Shown piece after piece: positions 49,131 through 62,489 of a stretch of 64,000 nucleotides of DNA. The stretch's first letter is position 1. The number at the start of each line of letters is the position of its first letter. The notes under the pieces were generated by a model. The model had not been told where the DNA came from. It was given only the letters and a program-made list of their open reading frames with translations, and ran no database searches. Origin of the DNA: Podarcis pityusensis (taxonomy: Eukaryota); NCBI GenBank assembly GCA_964106645.2, contig OZ067045.1. One strand, given 5' to 3'. Made by a program: the position numbers and the translations under genes.

Positions 49131-51547
49131 GAGGTACTTGTATTAAACATCTGTATGCTATTTGTATCTTGCCAAAGTTTTATCCCCTGTTCTCAGTTGT
49201 AGAGTGCATGATCCATAACCCAAATGTCTCACGGTTGTAAGTCTTAACGGAGTTCATTGTTTTTATTCAGAAGGGCCCAAGTTCAATTTCCATCGTCTCT
49301 GCAGGGCTAGAAAGACTATTCTTGTCTGAAACCCTGAAAAGCCTTTGTCATTCTGCATGGACAATACTGAGCTAAATGGGCCAATGGTCCAGCTAAGTAT
49401 AAGGAAGCACCCTCTGTTCCTAAATTTCTTTCTTTTTAAAAAGTGAACCCCAAAATGTCACTACAGTCCTCATTCTCAGTTATGAAAGAAAATGCACCTG
49501 CTCCGTTCATTTGTATGATTCTATAACATGGTTCTGGGAACTGCAAGCCAGCAGTCATTGCTGAGATGGCTTCACATTTCTGCACCTCAACAAAGTAGGT
49601 TTTCTCTTTCTTTTTTTTCTTTCTTTTTAAAAAGCCAGTAATCTTTTAACGGCTTGCTTCTGTTAGACTGTGTTGTTCCTGCTGTGTTTTATTAGACACA
49701 TATAAAATTAACAACAGAGCTATAATGATTTCCTAAACCAGCTCCAACACAAATTTCCAATTTGAGGTCAGATGCATTGACTAATAAAATTTTACTACTG
49801 TAGTCGAGCGGTGGTAGTTAGGCTTCCAGAAACGCAACTCTTAAGTCACCAGAATTAGCCACCACATAAAATGAAAATAAGCACATGCTCAACTTAATTT
49901 GTGTGGCCTTAATGGTGACCTATAGCAACCTCGTCCAGTACATAAACATTTCATAGTAAGTCTTTCTGCATCAAAACCAGAAATAATGTTAAACTTTCTT
50001 ATTAGATATACCATGGCTCCACCTTACAGATAGCGCTCTGCCTATTACTCCATACTCTAAAAATAATATAAAACAAATAAGCTGCACATTAGACTATCCA
50101 AAAGCCAGGAATATTTTATAACCTGTAGCGATTATGCAAATTGCCTATGACTACAATCTAACCTGTACGTACTCAGTTTCCTAGGAGTAAGTCTAATTCA
50201 AGGGGATCTGCTTCTGAGTAGAAATGTATGTGATTGTAAGGTAAATGCGCCTGATTTCTCAGTCTTTTGCACAAACTTTTTTTGGTAGCAGATTATACTG
50301 CAACTCTGTTCTTGCTAGTTATATGCAGGACCCAGAAAATCCAACCTCTCAAATGAAAATATTACCTAACAACCTTTCCTGCAGCTGAACTGACAGCACA
50401 GTTCCTCCCAAAAGACTTTCAAGCATAATCTTGGCAGCTTTAACCTTGAAGGGGTTCATGGAGGTGTGCCTTTGCCATCTTGCCTTTACAACAACCCTGT
50501 GAAGTAGCCAAGACATAATTGTCCCAACCCACTGAGTTTCATTGCTGAATGGACATTTGAACCTGGGTCTCTCAAGTCAAAAATGCATCTCTCTCTAGCC
50601 ACAACACCACAGTGAAATGAAAGCTATTTTAAAAATAAATAGAAGCACTAAAAATGGGGAGGAGGTACATATTTAGGCTACATTGGGGAAACATCTGAAA
50701 CCCATCAATCCTGCTAACTGCAGTCCTGGCTTATCCATGGCCCACCCTGCCCCCAACAAAAACAACTGAATCCTTGGAGATCAGATCAAGAGATTAGTTT
50801 ATGGCATTAGAGATTAGCTTCTCTCCCCCCCTCCCCCAACATAAGAGACTCTTTGGGGTTTTGTTATTTAACTTGTCCCTCAGGCCTGGGGCTAATGCCA
50901 TTAAAACTATTTTACAGGCAGCAGGGTCCGCTCAATGAGGTGCTGTTTTAAACAGCGCCCCCCGCAGAGCCTAGTGTCAAAGTTCTCAGCTATTTACAGG
51001 TGACATCACAAGAGCACCGCCCAGCCCAGCAAGCCTTCGTTTGCATTTACAGAAGCAAAGCCCGGACAAGAGAATGGCATTCTGAAGTTCCAAATTGGCT
51101 TCTGGAATGGTGGGGGAGTTTGGGGACATTCCCGAAATTGTGCATTGTGCCTCAAGGGGAAGGCAGTGGGTAGCAAAGTGGCGATGAGATGGATTCGAGT
51201 TCTTTAAAATGGGGAAAGGGGAAGTGTGACAAGGGAACAGAATTTATCTCTGGATATTTTGTTAGATTTGAAACCCACCTTTTCATCTAAGATGCTCAAG
51301 GCGGCGTGCATGGTTCCGCCATTTTGTCCTCAGGCAGTGACACATCTCAGGCTGCCCTTCCAAGCAGTGGTACAGACTGGACCTAGAAGGGGAGGGCAGC
51401 AAACAGATGGCAGCAGCTAGGAGCAAGTGGGACCACTCAGGGCATCTTGCCCCAAAGTCCACCCAAGTCTGTAGCCCACACTAATGGGAATGAGCTTTTT
51501 TTGGAGGGGATGAGGTGTTGATTTAGGTCGTTATAAGGCTTAGTCCT

Positions 51548-51908
51548 AGGTAAAGGTACCCCTGCCCGTACGGGCCAGTCGTGTCCGACTCTAGGGTTGT
51601 GCGCCCATCTCACTTAAGAGGCCGGGGGCCAGCACTGTCCGGAGACACTTCCGGGTCACATGGCCAGCGTGACGAAGCTGCTCTGGCGAGCCGGCACCAG
51701 CGCAGCACACGGAAATGCTGTTTACCTTCCCGCTATAAAGCAGTACCTATTTATCTACTTGCACTTAGGGGTGCTTTCGAACTGCTAGGTGGGCAGGAGC
51801 TGGGACCGAAAGACAGGAGCTCACCCCGCCGCAGGGATTTGAACCGCCGACCATGCGATCGGCAAGCCCTAGACACTGAGGTTTTACCCACAGCGCCACC
51901 CGCGTCCC
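51548..51908 (-). mobile_element. Sauria SINE, full length, CpG-rich (young)
   Basis: aggtaaaggt tail, conserved body, 8-bp TSD ttagtcct (51540-51547, 51909-51916). Confidence 0.93.
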
Positions 51909-54264
51909 TTAGTCCTGCTTAGTCCTGCTATCCCTCAAAGCAGGATGCTAACTGGTGGCGGTGGTGATGATGAGATTGAAATATCAACCTCAACACAAGT
52001 GAATTCTTCTGATTTGCACCAGCCTTGAAGGAGCTTTTCTAATACGTTCCCTGAGCTGCATTTGCACATCTGCACTAATACAAAAGGCCAGTGAATTCAC
52101 ATGTGTCTATGTGTGTGCAAAACATGCATGGATGAGGAATATTAATTATAAAAGCTACTGCTATTTATTCCCGGGGGAATTCACATATGGGCAGTTGTGC
52201 TGTATAGAGTTCAATCATAATTGCATTTATCTAGTTTAAGGTTTTCTTTTATTTTTAATTTTTAGGGGTGGGGAGATTAAAAAAGAAGTAGATTCTTCAC
52301 GCCTTCCTTAGCAGAATAATTAATGCAATTCTGCTACGGTGTTGGAAAAGCTGCCGCGATAATTAGCATATGCAGTTTCATATTCGGATACCTGATGTTC
52401 TTTAATGCCATTGCTGTCGCCTCACACCATATGAATGCACGGCAGACAATAAGAGGAACAACCATTGCCCCCCTCCTCTTTTAAGAAGCCCCTGTGACTC
52501 CATACAGCTTTTCTTTGGACCCCTCCTTGATGTAAAAAGAGAGAGACAGAAAGCTTCACTCCGCAGCTCCCACCAGTTTTGTTCGAAGTCAAAGCACCTC
52601 TCTCCGGGGCCGCACATTGTGTTAAAGTAACAGATTTGTGTTGGTTCCTGAAGAGAGGCGTAATGAAAAATATCGACACTCTGGGTTGCAAGGCCTTTTT
52701 AAAGACCAAAGTGCTGAGCAGGATCTCCCATGGAGAAACCTTTGTGTTTCGATGCAAATGAACCTCAGCAAAACAGACTGGGGACAATAACCGGGGCAGA
52801 ATCAGAGCAGGGCAACCCATCTGTAACTATTTTGTTAACTCAACATTTCTTACATTCTCCTCCATGCAACAAAACATTCTATGTTGACAGCTGTGAATTT
52901 TAAAGCAACTCCTTGGTGTATGTTTTCCTAATTTTAGGTATTCAGACAGTGGCTCACCCACCCGCCCTGCAGTGCCAGGAGAAGCTCAGGATCCATAACT
53001 TACAGATTTTCTACACCCTTCGGAAAGTCCAAATGGACACAGGTTTTGCCAAACAAAGCCGGAATGTACATGTTTAATGACCAGGACCTCAAATAGCGAG
53101 GAAAATCAGGAGTTGTTGGACACACAACACACAATTCGTACAAAACAGGGAATTCAGCTAAGGGTTCAGTGTGAATTGCTGTAACTCTTATTGTGTGTTG
53201 GGGGGGGGGATACATGCTAATTAAGGGAGATTAACAAAAAACATTCCCTGTTTGCTCACTCTTAATGCTGTATGTTGTTTAAATAACATCCTGTATACAT
53301 TAAAACGGACAGAAGATTTTGTCCACCATACCTGCTGAGAACAGGCCTAAAGGCCACAGGTGCAAAGAGTCAAGAAGGGCAGCATAAGGGCAAACAGCAG
53401 AAAAAAACTGTCCTAATTATAACAGTGGGGCAAGCAATCTCGGAAGGGTGTGGAGAAATCTGCTCCATTGGGGAGCCTGACATGTCTGTTAGGAACTGGG
53501 TGCAAAATGAATTTCTCCCCCAAGGAATCACAAAGAATGCATGTGTCTGGGGCAGGAGACCAAAGTGTGATTTTCCTGCAAGGACCCAAATGAAATGAAA
53601 TGGGCTTGTGCAGGATAATGTTCTACTCAGTGGTACTCCTGAATAGCTCCCACCTGGTGAATTCTGCAAACATTAAAATGATAGAAAATGGAGGGGAAAT
53701 GGGGTTGCGGTATTTTATATTTGTTTATCACCCTGTTCAAAGGGTTTGGTATACCTTATGCTACTGGGCAGAGCAATTCCATGAAGGCTGGAGAGGGAGA
53801 AGTTGAGATGGAAGAAATGTAAAATTCACTGCTCTCCAGTCTCTTGTCAGTTGGCAGGACAATGGATGATGACATATTTCCCTTTTCCATTGTCTTTTTC
53901 CATTGTCCACGGCAAGGATGCTTGTGAGGGTGGGTATCATTTTCCACCCAGAAACCTCCCTCGCTGTGGGTGGAGGATCTGCAACAGCCCCTGGCGCCTG
54001 GGATACCCCTGGGCAATCTTGCAGGGAGGGGAGCAGAATTGTGTTCCCCTTACATTTACAATAGCATTTCATTTATTTTCTTTAAGGACTCGTTTTAAAA
54101 TATTTTCTCCATGGTGCTGCACATTTAAAAGCCCAAGTCCTACATAAAATGAATATATCATGAATGGTTTTTGCTTCATTTTAATTATAGTGCACAATGT
54201 TTATGTCAGCATGATGAAGATAACGATGATAAACAGGATAGAAACTGAATGTGGTGTATTTGTT

Positions 54265-54495
54265 TATTTGTTGCATTTATATCCCAATTCCCCCCCACCC
54301 AAGGAGCTCAAGGTGGCATATGTGGTTGTTCCCCTCCTCATTTAATCCTCACAACAACCTTGCAGGGTAGGTTGGGCTGGGAGGCAGTGACTGACCCAAG
54401 GTCGACTAGTGATCTTCATAGCCAAGTGAGGATTTGAACCCTGGTCTCCCAGTTCTTAGTCCAACACTCTGACCACTACACAACACTGCCTCTCA
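54265..54495 (-). mobile_element. Squam3/MIR-like SINE, full length
   Basis: atcctcacaacaaccttgcagggtaggtt...gatttgaaccctggtctccc...tagtccaacactctgaccactacac. Confidence 0.8.
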
Positions 54496-55094
54496 GTTAA
54501 GAGAACAAACTCTGCTACACAAAATACATCCATATAACCTCACCTCTCGGATTCAGGCTGTGTACACAGTATTGTGTACTCTGGCTCCAGTGCACTCCTG
54601 CCACTGTTGCTTGAAGCTGTGCACACATGACATCGGCGCTATTCATATGTATCCTGTAGTTTCTTGAGAAATACTGTTGTTTGCTGTGAATTCCCTCTAA
54701 CCAGCTTCCCTCCAATTTGAAAACACAAGCCGCAGTCAAACTGAGGTGTGTGCGTTTGTGACAGCTGGTGCACATGCGCAAATACATGTGCAGATGACAG
54801 CTTTGTTGAATAGATTTTAGGGATGGGGTTCAGGCGCGTGAAAACAAATCAGGTCATGCACAGCAGGCGAAGGCATTCCTGCCCCTCTCTGGTGTGTACA
54901 GCAAAGTGTAAATGGGACTTGAAACACAGTGTGGGAAAACGATATTGTTGCATTTCAAGGATAGTAATCAGTACCTAGCCTCAGATTCCAACCTGCAGTT
55001 TGGGGAGAATATTGCTCTGCTCTACCTAACAGGGTTGTTGTAATTATATTATAGGAAGACTCTAAAATACTATATGCATTCCAAGTATATTGGA

Positions 55095-55300
55095 TGAGAA
55101 CCAGCATGATGCAGAGCTCAGAAGTGCTGAACCTGGGAGACTAGGGTTCAAATCCCCACTAGGCTATGAAGCTTGGGTGACATTGTGCCAGTCACTGCCT
55201 CTCAGCCTAACCTACCTCACAGAGATGTTGTGAGGATCAATTGGAGAGAGAAGATGCACGTATGCCATCTTGAGCTACTTGGAGGAAAACCGGGATATAA
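55095..55300 (+). mobile_element. Squam3/MIR-like SINE
   Basis: gggagactagggttcaaatccccact...ctcagcctaacctacctcacag. Confidence 0.8.
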
Positions 55301-56871
55301 ATGAAAATGATGGTGGTGGTGATATATTGACCTTTCGGGCTGTACATATTCAGGGGGCTCCATCTCTTGGCCCAGAATGCCTTGGCCCCCTCCCCTCACA
55401 AGAAGAGCTCTTAATACAGATTTACATGATAGGTTTACACTGAGCTATTATGATCTATCATGTAACTGAGCGCTTAACGACTGTTTAATACAAGGATTAT
55501 TGACATAGAAGATGTAACAGCTGCTTGCGAGTTACCCTTGCAATAGCTGACTACTTCCCTCCCTGCCATGACTCTGTCAGTTTTATTATTTATTTTCTTA
55601 ACTATCCAAAGGCACATTACACTCCTCAAAGCTAGTGGGGGGGGGGAGGGGGAAGCCGAGGTAATTTAAACCTTTTGTTTGTTTGTTTTATCTAAATTTT
55701 TATTTTTTAAGCGAGATGGAAATGACACATTTTCTGGGCTTGTTTCATTAGCTCTTCAATGGCTTTAAAATAACTTGTTTAGCAATGAGGAGGGAAGAGA
55801 AAAGTGTTTTTATTTAGCCTGAGAGCCTTAAGGTTGATGTTTAATTTTAAGAGGAAACTTCTAAACCTCCAAATAGTTTCTGGGTACCCTGGCATGTCTT
55901 TCTCTGTAGTGGAAGAAAATAGAAGTAATGTTCTGGAAGCAACAAAATCCTTGAAAGTGAAAAATGAAAAGAAAAATGGCGGGGGGGGGGCTTTGAGGAG
56001 GGAAGTGAAGTCTTCCTTCCCTTCCCATCTTTTAACAATGAATATTTTTGCTAGCCAACTCTCTCAGAGACAGGGTCGGCTTCCTTTCATGTAATTGATG
56101 TCAACTTTCTCCAGCACTCGGCTGAGACAAGTTTTCAAAATGTGAAGCAGGAAATTGTACCGTCAAAAAAGGGGGGGTCGTGGGGGAAATGAGCATTCTT
56201 TCCACACAGTTTAGGTCAGGCCCCCGAATCTCCTCAAAAGAAACAGAATAAAATAAAATAATAAAATAAATGCTAGATTTATACCATGGCTGCCAAGAGC
56301 TCTTATATTTTCGTGGCCTCCTGTTGCTAAGATAAAGGATGTTTCCTACTGACTCTAAAAAGCTGGCCTCATTTAAAACCCTTGCTATGTTCTGACAAAA
56401 CTTGCTGCTGTCACCCCAAATTGAGCAAATGAGCCTATACTCTGCAGTATAAAGGCAAAAAAGAGTTATTGAATATCACCCAGGGAGCAGAAAATGAACT
56501 GGCTCCCGTTTCTAGCTGACCTCTTGGACATATTTTTCCCCCCACCTGAAAATTGGCCTCACCACTCAGCCCTAATTTCTCTTGCTGTCGGAGGGCAGCA
56601 GGAAGAACTGCTAGAACTTTTCAACTCCAGACAGATCAAGTTTTCTTTGCTTTGCTTTTTCCTCTCCCCCCCACCCTTTGTATGTCTTCAGACCAAAAGG
56701 TGGTGGAAAGGAAGGCTCTGAAGTCAAAGGAGAGTGGCTTCAAGTTGAAAAAGGTCTCTCAAGTCAACAGTGTTGCCCCCCTTCCCCTGGCGCAATTGTT
56801 GGTTCTGTTTCAATATGGCTGCCACATGAAGAAAAGAACAGAGAGAACAGGGTGTGGGAGTGGTGGTTATC

Positions 56872-57400
56872 ACTATTAATTCAATTTATATCTTGCCCTT
56901 TCTCCCAGAGGAGGCCAGGGTGGCAAACACATCAACAATAAAATATAAAAATTAAAGCATTCTAAAAACTGTTACAAACAGTGCTTTTTTCTGGGGGGAT
57001 GCAGGGATACGCATACCCCAAAACATTTTGTGCATCTAAGTTTGGCCTCATTGAGGGGCAGTATTTAAATATGAGTAGGAAAATGAGAGTACCCTGAACA
57101 TTTTTTTAGGAAAAAAAGCACTGGTTACAAACATTCTAAAAATATTTAAAAACAATATCTCAGAGTTGCCAAGAACAGTGTCTTTTGGCCACCAAATGCC
57201 TGGGTAAACAAAAATGGTTTTTAATTTTTCCTGAAAATCAATAAGTAGGAAGACAGATGCACTTCACCAGGAAGGGCATTCCACAAATGCAGAACTACCA
57301 CCAAGAAGGCCCTGCCATGGATCAGCATAAGCAGTGGCGGCATCACCAACAAGGCCTCACCTGCCAATCACAGGGTCCGAGATGGTTAATAAAGTAGGAT
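56872..57400 (-). mobile_element. Old L2 3' end with nested hAT MITE
   Basis: ggaagggcattccacaa...accaccaagaaggcc (antisense of RAF.V...LWNALP) and an A-rich antisense 3'UTR. Confidence 0.65.
56979..57123. mobile_element. hAT-superfamily MITE (145 bp)
   Basis: TIR CAGTGCTTTTTT / AAAAAAGCACTG, 8-bp TSD gttacaaa (56971-56978, 57124-57131). Confidence 0.92.
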
Positions 57401-57719
57401 ATGGTGGGTTGGAAGCTGCTGAGTATTATCTGCACTGACTGTCAACATCTCTCCAGGGTTTCAGAAAGCCCTAACTGGAGATGCTGGTAATTGAACCAGG
57501 GACTTTCTGCATACGTACCAGTTGCTCTTTCACAGAGCTGTGACCTCCCAAGCATACTTTGAAACCCTGTGGTGGTTGTTTTTAAAAATTAACCACCTGC
57601 ACTACTGCTACTGCTACTCTTCCCCCAGGGGTGACACCAGAAAAATAATAATTCTGGGGCAAGGTGCAGAAGGGGCTCAGTATATTTCTAGGTGGGTGAG
57701 CTGTGTCCCACAAGTTAAT

Positions 57720-57935
57720 TTTTAGGCATCAGGCGAAAACATTCCTCTTCACCCAGGCCTTTGGCTGATTAATATCCTACAGACTTTTAAATGTATCTGT
57801 GGGAAGGGGGGGCAGTTATTGTTTTGTTATTTCCGTTTAATTGTTTACTTGTGTTTTATCTTGTATTTTATTCTGTGAACTGCCCTGAGATCTTCTGATG
57901 AAGGGCAGTATATACATTAAACAAACAAACAAATT
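57720..57935 (+). mobile_element. L2 3' end
   Basis: tttaggcatcaggcgaaaacattcctcttcacccaggcctttggc...tgaactgccctgagatcttctgatgaagggcagtata. Confidence 0.7.
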
Positions 57936-57957
57936 GCTGAAAGTAAAATCAGAGGTA

Positions 57958-58199
57958 CAGTGGTACCTCTGGTTACGTACTTAATTCGTTCCGGAGGTCC
58001 GTTCTTAACCTGAAACTGTTCTTAATCTGAAGCACCACTTTAGCTATTGGGGCCTCCCGCTGGTACCACGCCGCCACTGTGCGATTTCTGTTCTTACCCT
58101 GAAGCAAAGTTCTTAACCCGAGGTAATATTTCTGGGTTAGCGGAGTCTGTAACCTGAAGCATCTGTAACCTGAAGCATATGTAACCCAAGGTACCACTG
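57958..58199. mobile_element. Tc1/mariner (Tigger-like) MITE, third copy
   Basis: TA-CAGTGGTACCT...AGGTACCACTG-TA; colinear with 2260-2493. Confidence 0.9.
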
Positions 58200-59240
58200 T
58201 ATCTGTTAATGTTGGGAGTCCAGCAATGGGGCAAGCAAGGGGGAGCTCCTTGTGTGGTAAGGCACTTGCCCACCTCTTGTACCACCCATGATATCTCCCA
58301 ATCTTTTAATTTTTTCTCTTTTTTCTGCTCTCCTTGGTGAGGTTGCTTTAGCAGGGGTGCCCAAACTTTTTTCAAAGAGGGCCAAATTTGATGAAGTGAA
58401 CATGCGTGAGGGCCGACCCCTCACAGTTGTTGAGCTTTTTTTAAGGATTTAACTCCTTAAGCTTTTTGAGATAAAACTGGCCTCCAAGACGGACTCAGAA
58501 CATGCCTTCTTTAAAGTTACTAGACAAACACACAACCTAGGAGCCTGACCTCTTCCAAAAACCGTCAGGAAGTAACAGTTTCCTAGCACACAAAACCACC
58601 TCTGACTCAAAGAGCCACCAAGCACTCAGACGGCTTGTGTGGCGGCGCCAGAGCACTGAAGGATGTAGGGGAGGCTGTGGTGTAGAATGGGATTCTGACC
58701 ACCATTAACTCTCTGTGTAAGAGCTAGATGGAAGCACTCAAGCAGAGGGCCTGATCTCTGACAGCTCACTCAAAGGAAGATAAGCAAACGTTGCCACATT
58801 GCAGAGGCATCTGGAAGGGGAATCACCTTGCATTCATTCACTCTCCCTTGGGGACAGAGCAATACAAAGTACACACAGAGATCTGGGGGGTTGATACAAT
58901 GGTCTTTTAAAGAAAGCATTTTGAAATGACAGTGGCACCAGATTTCTAAGCAACAGAACCTTCCATGTTGTTGATGTCAGAAATGCCTTGAGGTGTTCTC
59001 AAGCTTTGGATGCACTGATAGAGAGGTACTTTGTATTGTCCTTCGTGGGATCATGTAGGCAGGTACGTGGCTGTGCGGACGAACTCCTGCAACCTGTGAC
59101 CCACCAAGCCCTGTATCAAGGCCTGGCAAGCCAGCTGTCTTCATTTGGCAGGTAACCTAGCAGGATAACTGTCTGCTAAGCTAGTGTTTTAGCAAATTTA
59201 TCACACCCTTGGAGCCTGTTAAGATGTGTTGTGCTTGGAG

Positions 59241-59360
59241 CAGGCTTCCTCAAACTCGGCCCTCCAGATGTTTTGAGACTACAGTTCCCATCATCCCTGA
59301 CCACTGGTCCTGCTAGCTAGGGATCATGGGAGTTGTAGGCCAAAAACATCTGGAGGGCTG
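59241..59360. mobile_element. hAT-superfamily palindromic MITE with shortened right arm
   Basis: 8-bp TSD gcttggag (59233-59240, 59361-59368); core shared with 30253-30374. Confidence 0.85.
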
Positions 59361-59724
59361 GCTTGGAGGATCAGAAGCTACTATATATGACCAAGCTGTT
59401 CTTTTTACCATTTCTTTTTTAAAAACCTTATTTTTGTTCTTTGGGGCTGCCTTATTCCAACCTTCTCCAATGTGGTACCCTACAGATGTTTCTTAAACCT
59501 TGAGCTCCCTTTGTGTGCATGATTTCTTTTTCTTTCTTCTTTTAAGGTAAAGGTCAAGCAGCACGTGTTTAAACAAAAATCCAAAGTGATTTCCATTTTA
59601 GCTTATTATTCAGCAGCACAAGAAGCTGATGAGGTCAGATTTCACAGTGGTTAAAAGCAGGCTCATGCAGGTAGCAATCCAGGGTATTGAAATTGCATAA
59701 GAAATCATCCTCACCATCACCAAC

Positions 59725-60346
59725 TATTAAATTTCTATACCTCCCTTCATCTGAAGATCACAGCACAGTTTACAATATGAATACAAAAAAATAATAACAA
59801 ACAAAAACAATACTCTCTCAAACATACAGTTAAAAAGGTCATAGATTGTTAAATTAGCCAAAGGCCTAGGAGAAGAGGAATGTTTTGCCTGGTGCCTAAA
59901 GATATGTAACAAGTGTTCCAGGAGAGCATCTCTGAGAAAAGCATTCCATCAAAGGGGAGCCACCACAGAAAAGACCCATTCTCATGTTGCCACCCTCTAG
60001 AGTCGACTTCTAATGTAGAAGGCACATGAAGGATGGCCTCAGATGATGATTGCAGGGTCCAGGTCAGTTCATATGGAGAGAAGCAGTCCTTCACCTATTT
60101 CAGTCCTAAGCTGTTTAAGACTTTATAGGTCAAAACCAGCCCCTCTATGCACCCCATCCCACAAAAACATTGAAAAGGGGTATAAAATGCTAATCAGCCA
60201 AAGGCCTGGTTGAGGAGGAATGTTTTCACTGGGCACCTAAAAGTGTATAATGAAGATGCCTACCAAACCTCCCTGGGGAGAGCATTCCACAAATGGGGAG
60301 CCACTGTAGAAAAGGCCCATTCTCATGTTGCCACCATATCACGGAA

Positions 60347-60386
<40 letters not shown>

Positions 60387-60440
60387 TTTCAGATGATTAT
60401 CTCGGGGTCCAGGTAGGTTCATGTTGAGAGAGGCAGTCCT
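59725..60440 (-). mobile_element. Two tandem L2 3' ends
   Basis: agccaaaggcct..gaggaatgttt..gcattcca...gccaccac/gccactgt-agaaaag..cccattctcatgttgccacc occurs twice (~59857-60070 and ~60196-60440); (CA)n at 60348-60382. Confidence 0.75.
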
Positions 60441-60562
60441 TGAGGTATGTAAGTGCATTTTACAGATATTTAAATAAATAATACAAATAGGGCTGCACCC
60501 TAAATGATATTTCAAGCAGGAAAATAGCAAAAATGACAAAAAGGCAAAAACAAGCAACTAAA

Positions 60563-60946
60563 AGGTAAAAAAGGTAAAGAATTCCTGGATGGTTAAGTCC
60601 AGTCAAAGGCGACTATGGGGTTGTGGCACTCATCTCGCTTTCAGGCCGAGGGAGCTGGCGTTTGTCCACAGACAGCTTTCCAGGTTATGTGGCCAGCATG
60701 ACTAAACTGTTCTGGCGCAACGGAACACTGTGATGGAAGCCAGAGCGCATGGAAACGCTGTTTACCTTCCCACCAAAGTGGTACCTATTTATCTACTTGC
60801 ACTGGCATGCTTTCAAACTGCTAGGTTGACAGGAGCTGAGATAGAGTAGCAGGAGCTCACTCCGTCATGGGGATTTGAACTGCCGGCCTTCCAATCGGAA
60901 AGCCCAAGAGGCTCAGTGGTTTAGACCACATTGCCACTCGCATCCC
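60563..60946 (-). mobile_element. Sauria SINE, longer/older subfamily
   Basis: aggtaaa tail, conserved body, 11-bp TSD aagcaactaaa (60552-60562, 60948-60958). Confidence 0.92.
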
Positions 60947-62489
60947 TAAGCAACTAAATCCAAAGTTCTCAAAGGTCTCCTGCGAGAACATGATGGATTT
61001 TGCTTGGTACCTAAAAGATAACAATGCAACCATCAGGTCAGGGGAAATCAATGTGGTAACTGCTACAATGTTGCTGGACCCCCATCTCCCACCACCCTGA
61101 CATTTTTTCATGCTGTCTGAGGGTGATGGGAGTAGCAGTCCAAACAAGAAGGGAGAGAGTTCCCAAATTTGTATGCCACCACAGAAATGTCTTCCTTCTC
61201 TTTCCGATATGAACCTGTCTACTTTGTGATGGTGGAGAAGCCCAGTTTGTGTGCATTTTGAGGGCGAACTGAATGGACAGGAAGATTTGTATGGAGTTCT
61301 GTAGTTTAAAAAGGTAAGCAAGTATGACTTGACTGTAAATAAAAAATTATACAGTGGAGAAATTGTTCTTTTGGGGGACACTGCCTCTTTTTTCAGAAGA
61401 ATAAAGATAAAAATCTGTGACGCGAAATCTCAAATGGTGCAGTACTTCTGACATTCACAGATTAAGCATATGCAAGTTTAGGCTTGATTACACACACACA
61501 CACAAACACACACACGATCTCAGGAATCCAATAATGTTATCTCTCTCACACACTTCCATGTATGCAGTGACTTTTCAAGAGAGAAGTGACGACCTTAAAA
61601 AGGAAAACTGAAGGTGATATGAGGATACTGTCTTGCACAGTTAAAGGTCACCTTGACTTTTAATCTAGACTGTCATCCTTTCTTTCTCATTAAAATATTT
61701 GATAAGAATTCTTTGCATGACCGAACAGCATGGAACACCTTAAAATGACACACTTTGCTCCCTAGGATGTTGCTGTGTCACACAGTAAATAATTGTCCTG
61801 CCTGCTACAAAATAAAATCATTATCTGTGTTATGCGCAAGTAACAAATAAAATGGTGTATTTACACAGTGTTAATCTACCCTTTAAGACCAAAGCATATT
61901 TCAAGGTGGAATTTTCTCCCAATATTGTTGACTCATGTCCTTCTGATTGAATCTCCTCCCACCCTTTTCCTTTTCTGCTTCATGTGAAGAACAGACCTAA
62001 ATCCCATCTAGGGTGGCCACTTAACCATCTTCCAAAACAGGAACTGCATCACTAAGAAAAAGGCCAAGTGGGCACAGATTTGCATAAAACGTGTGTATGC
62101 TAATTTATATTTATCGGTGCAAATTTATGAACAATTAAATTGAATTATGACACATAATTCCTCACCATAGTGAGGAATATAGTGGCCAGTTGACCTTTCT
62201 GACTGTTCAGTCTGCTGTCCAGGTGCAAACTGTTGGTCAACTTGAATGCTTTCTCCATTCTTAAGGTTCTTTGTGTTGTATCCAACTAAGTTCTACAGTG
62301 GTACCTTGGTTTAACAATCCCCTCTCCCCAGAGGAACTCTGGGAATTGTAGCTCTGGAAGGGGGAAAGGGGTCTTCCAACAACTCTCAGCACCCTGAACA
62401 AATTACACTTCCCAGGTTTTACTGGAAGAATCCATGACTGTTTAAAGTGGTGTCATAGTGCTTTAAATGTATGGTGTGAATGCGGCCCA

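Noticed and set aside
57895-57910. CTGATGA as a hammerhead ribozyme or C/D-box core (also 19563, 44729, 59626)
   Set aside because: No correctly spaced stem II plus GAAA, nor a terminal stem; the motif lies in a LINE tail or is expected by chance
60857-61381. 174-aa ORF
   Set aside because: Composed of L2 and Sauria SINE remnants plus flank
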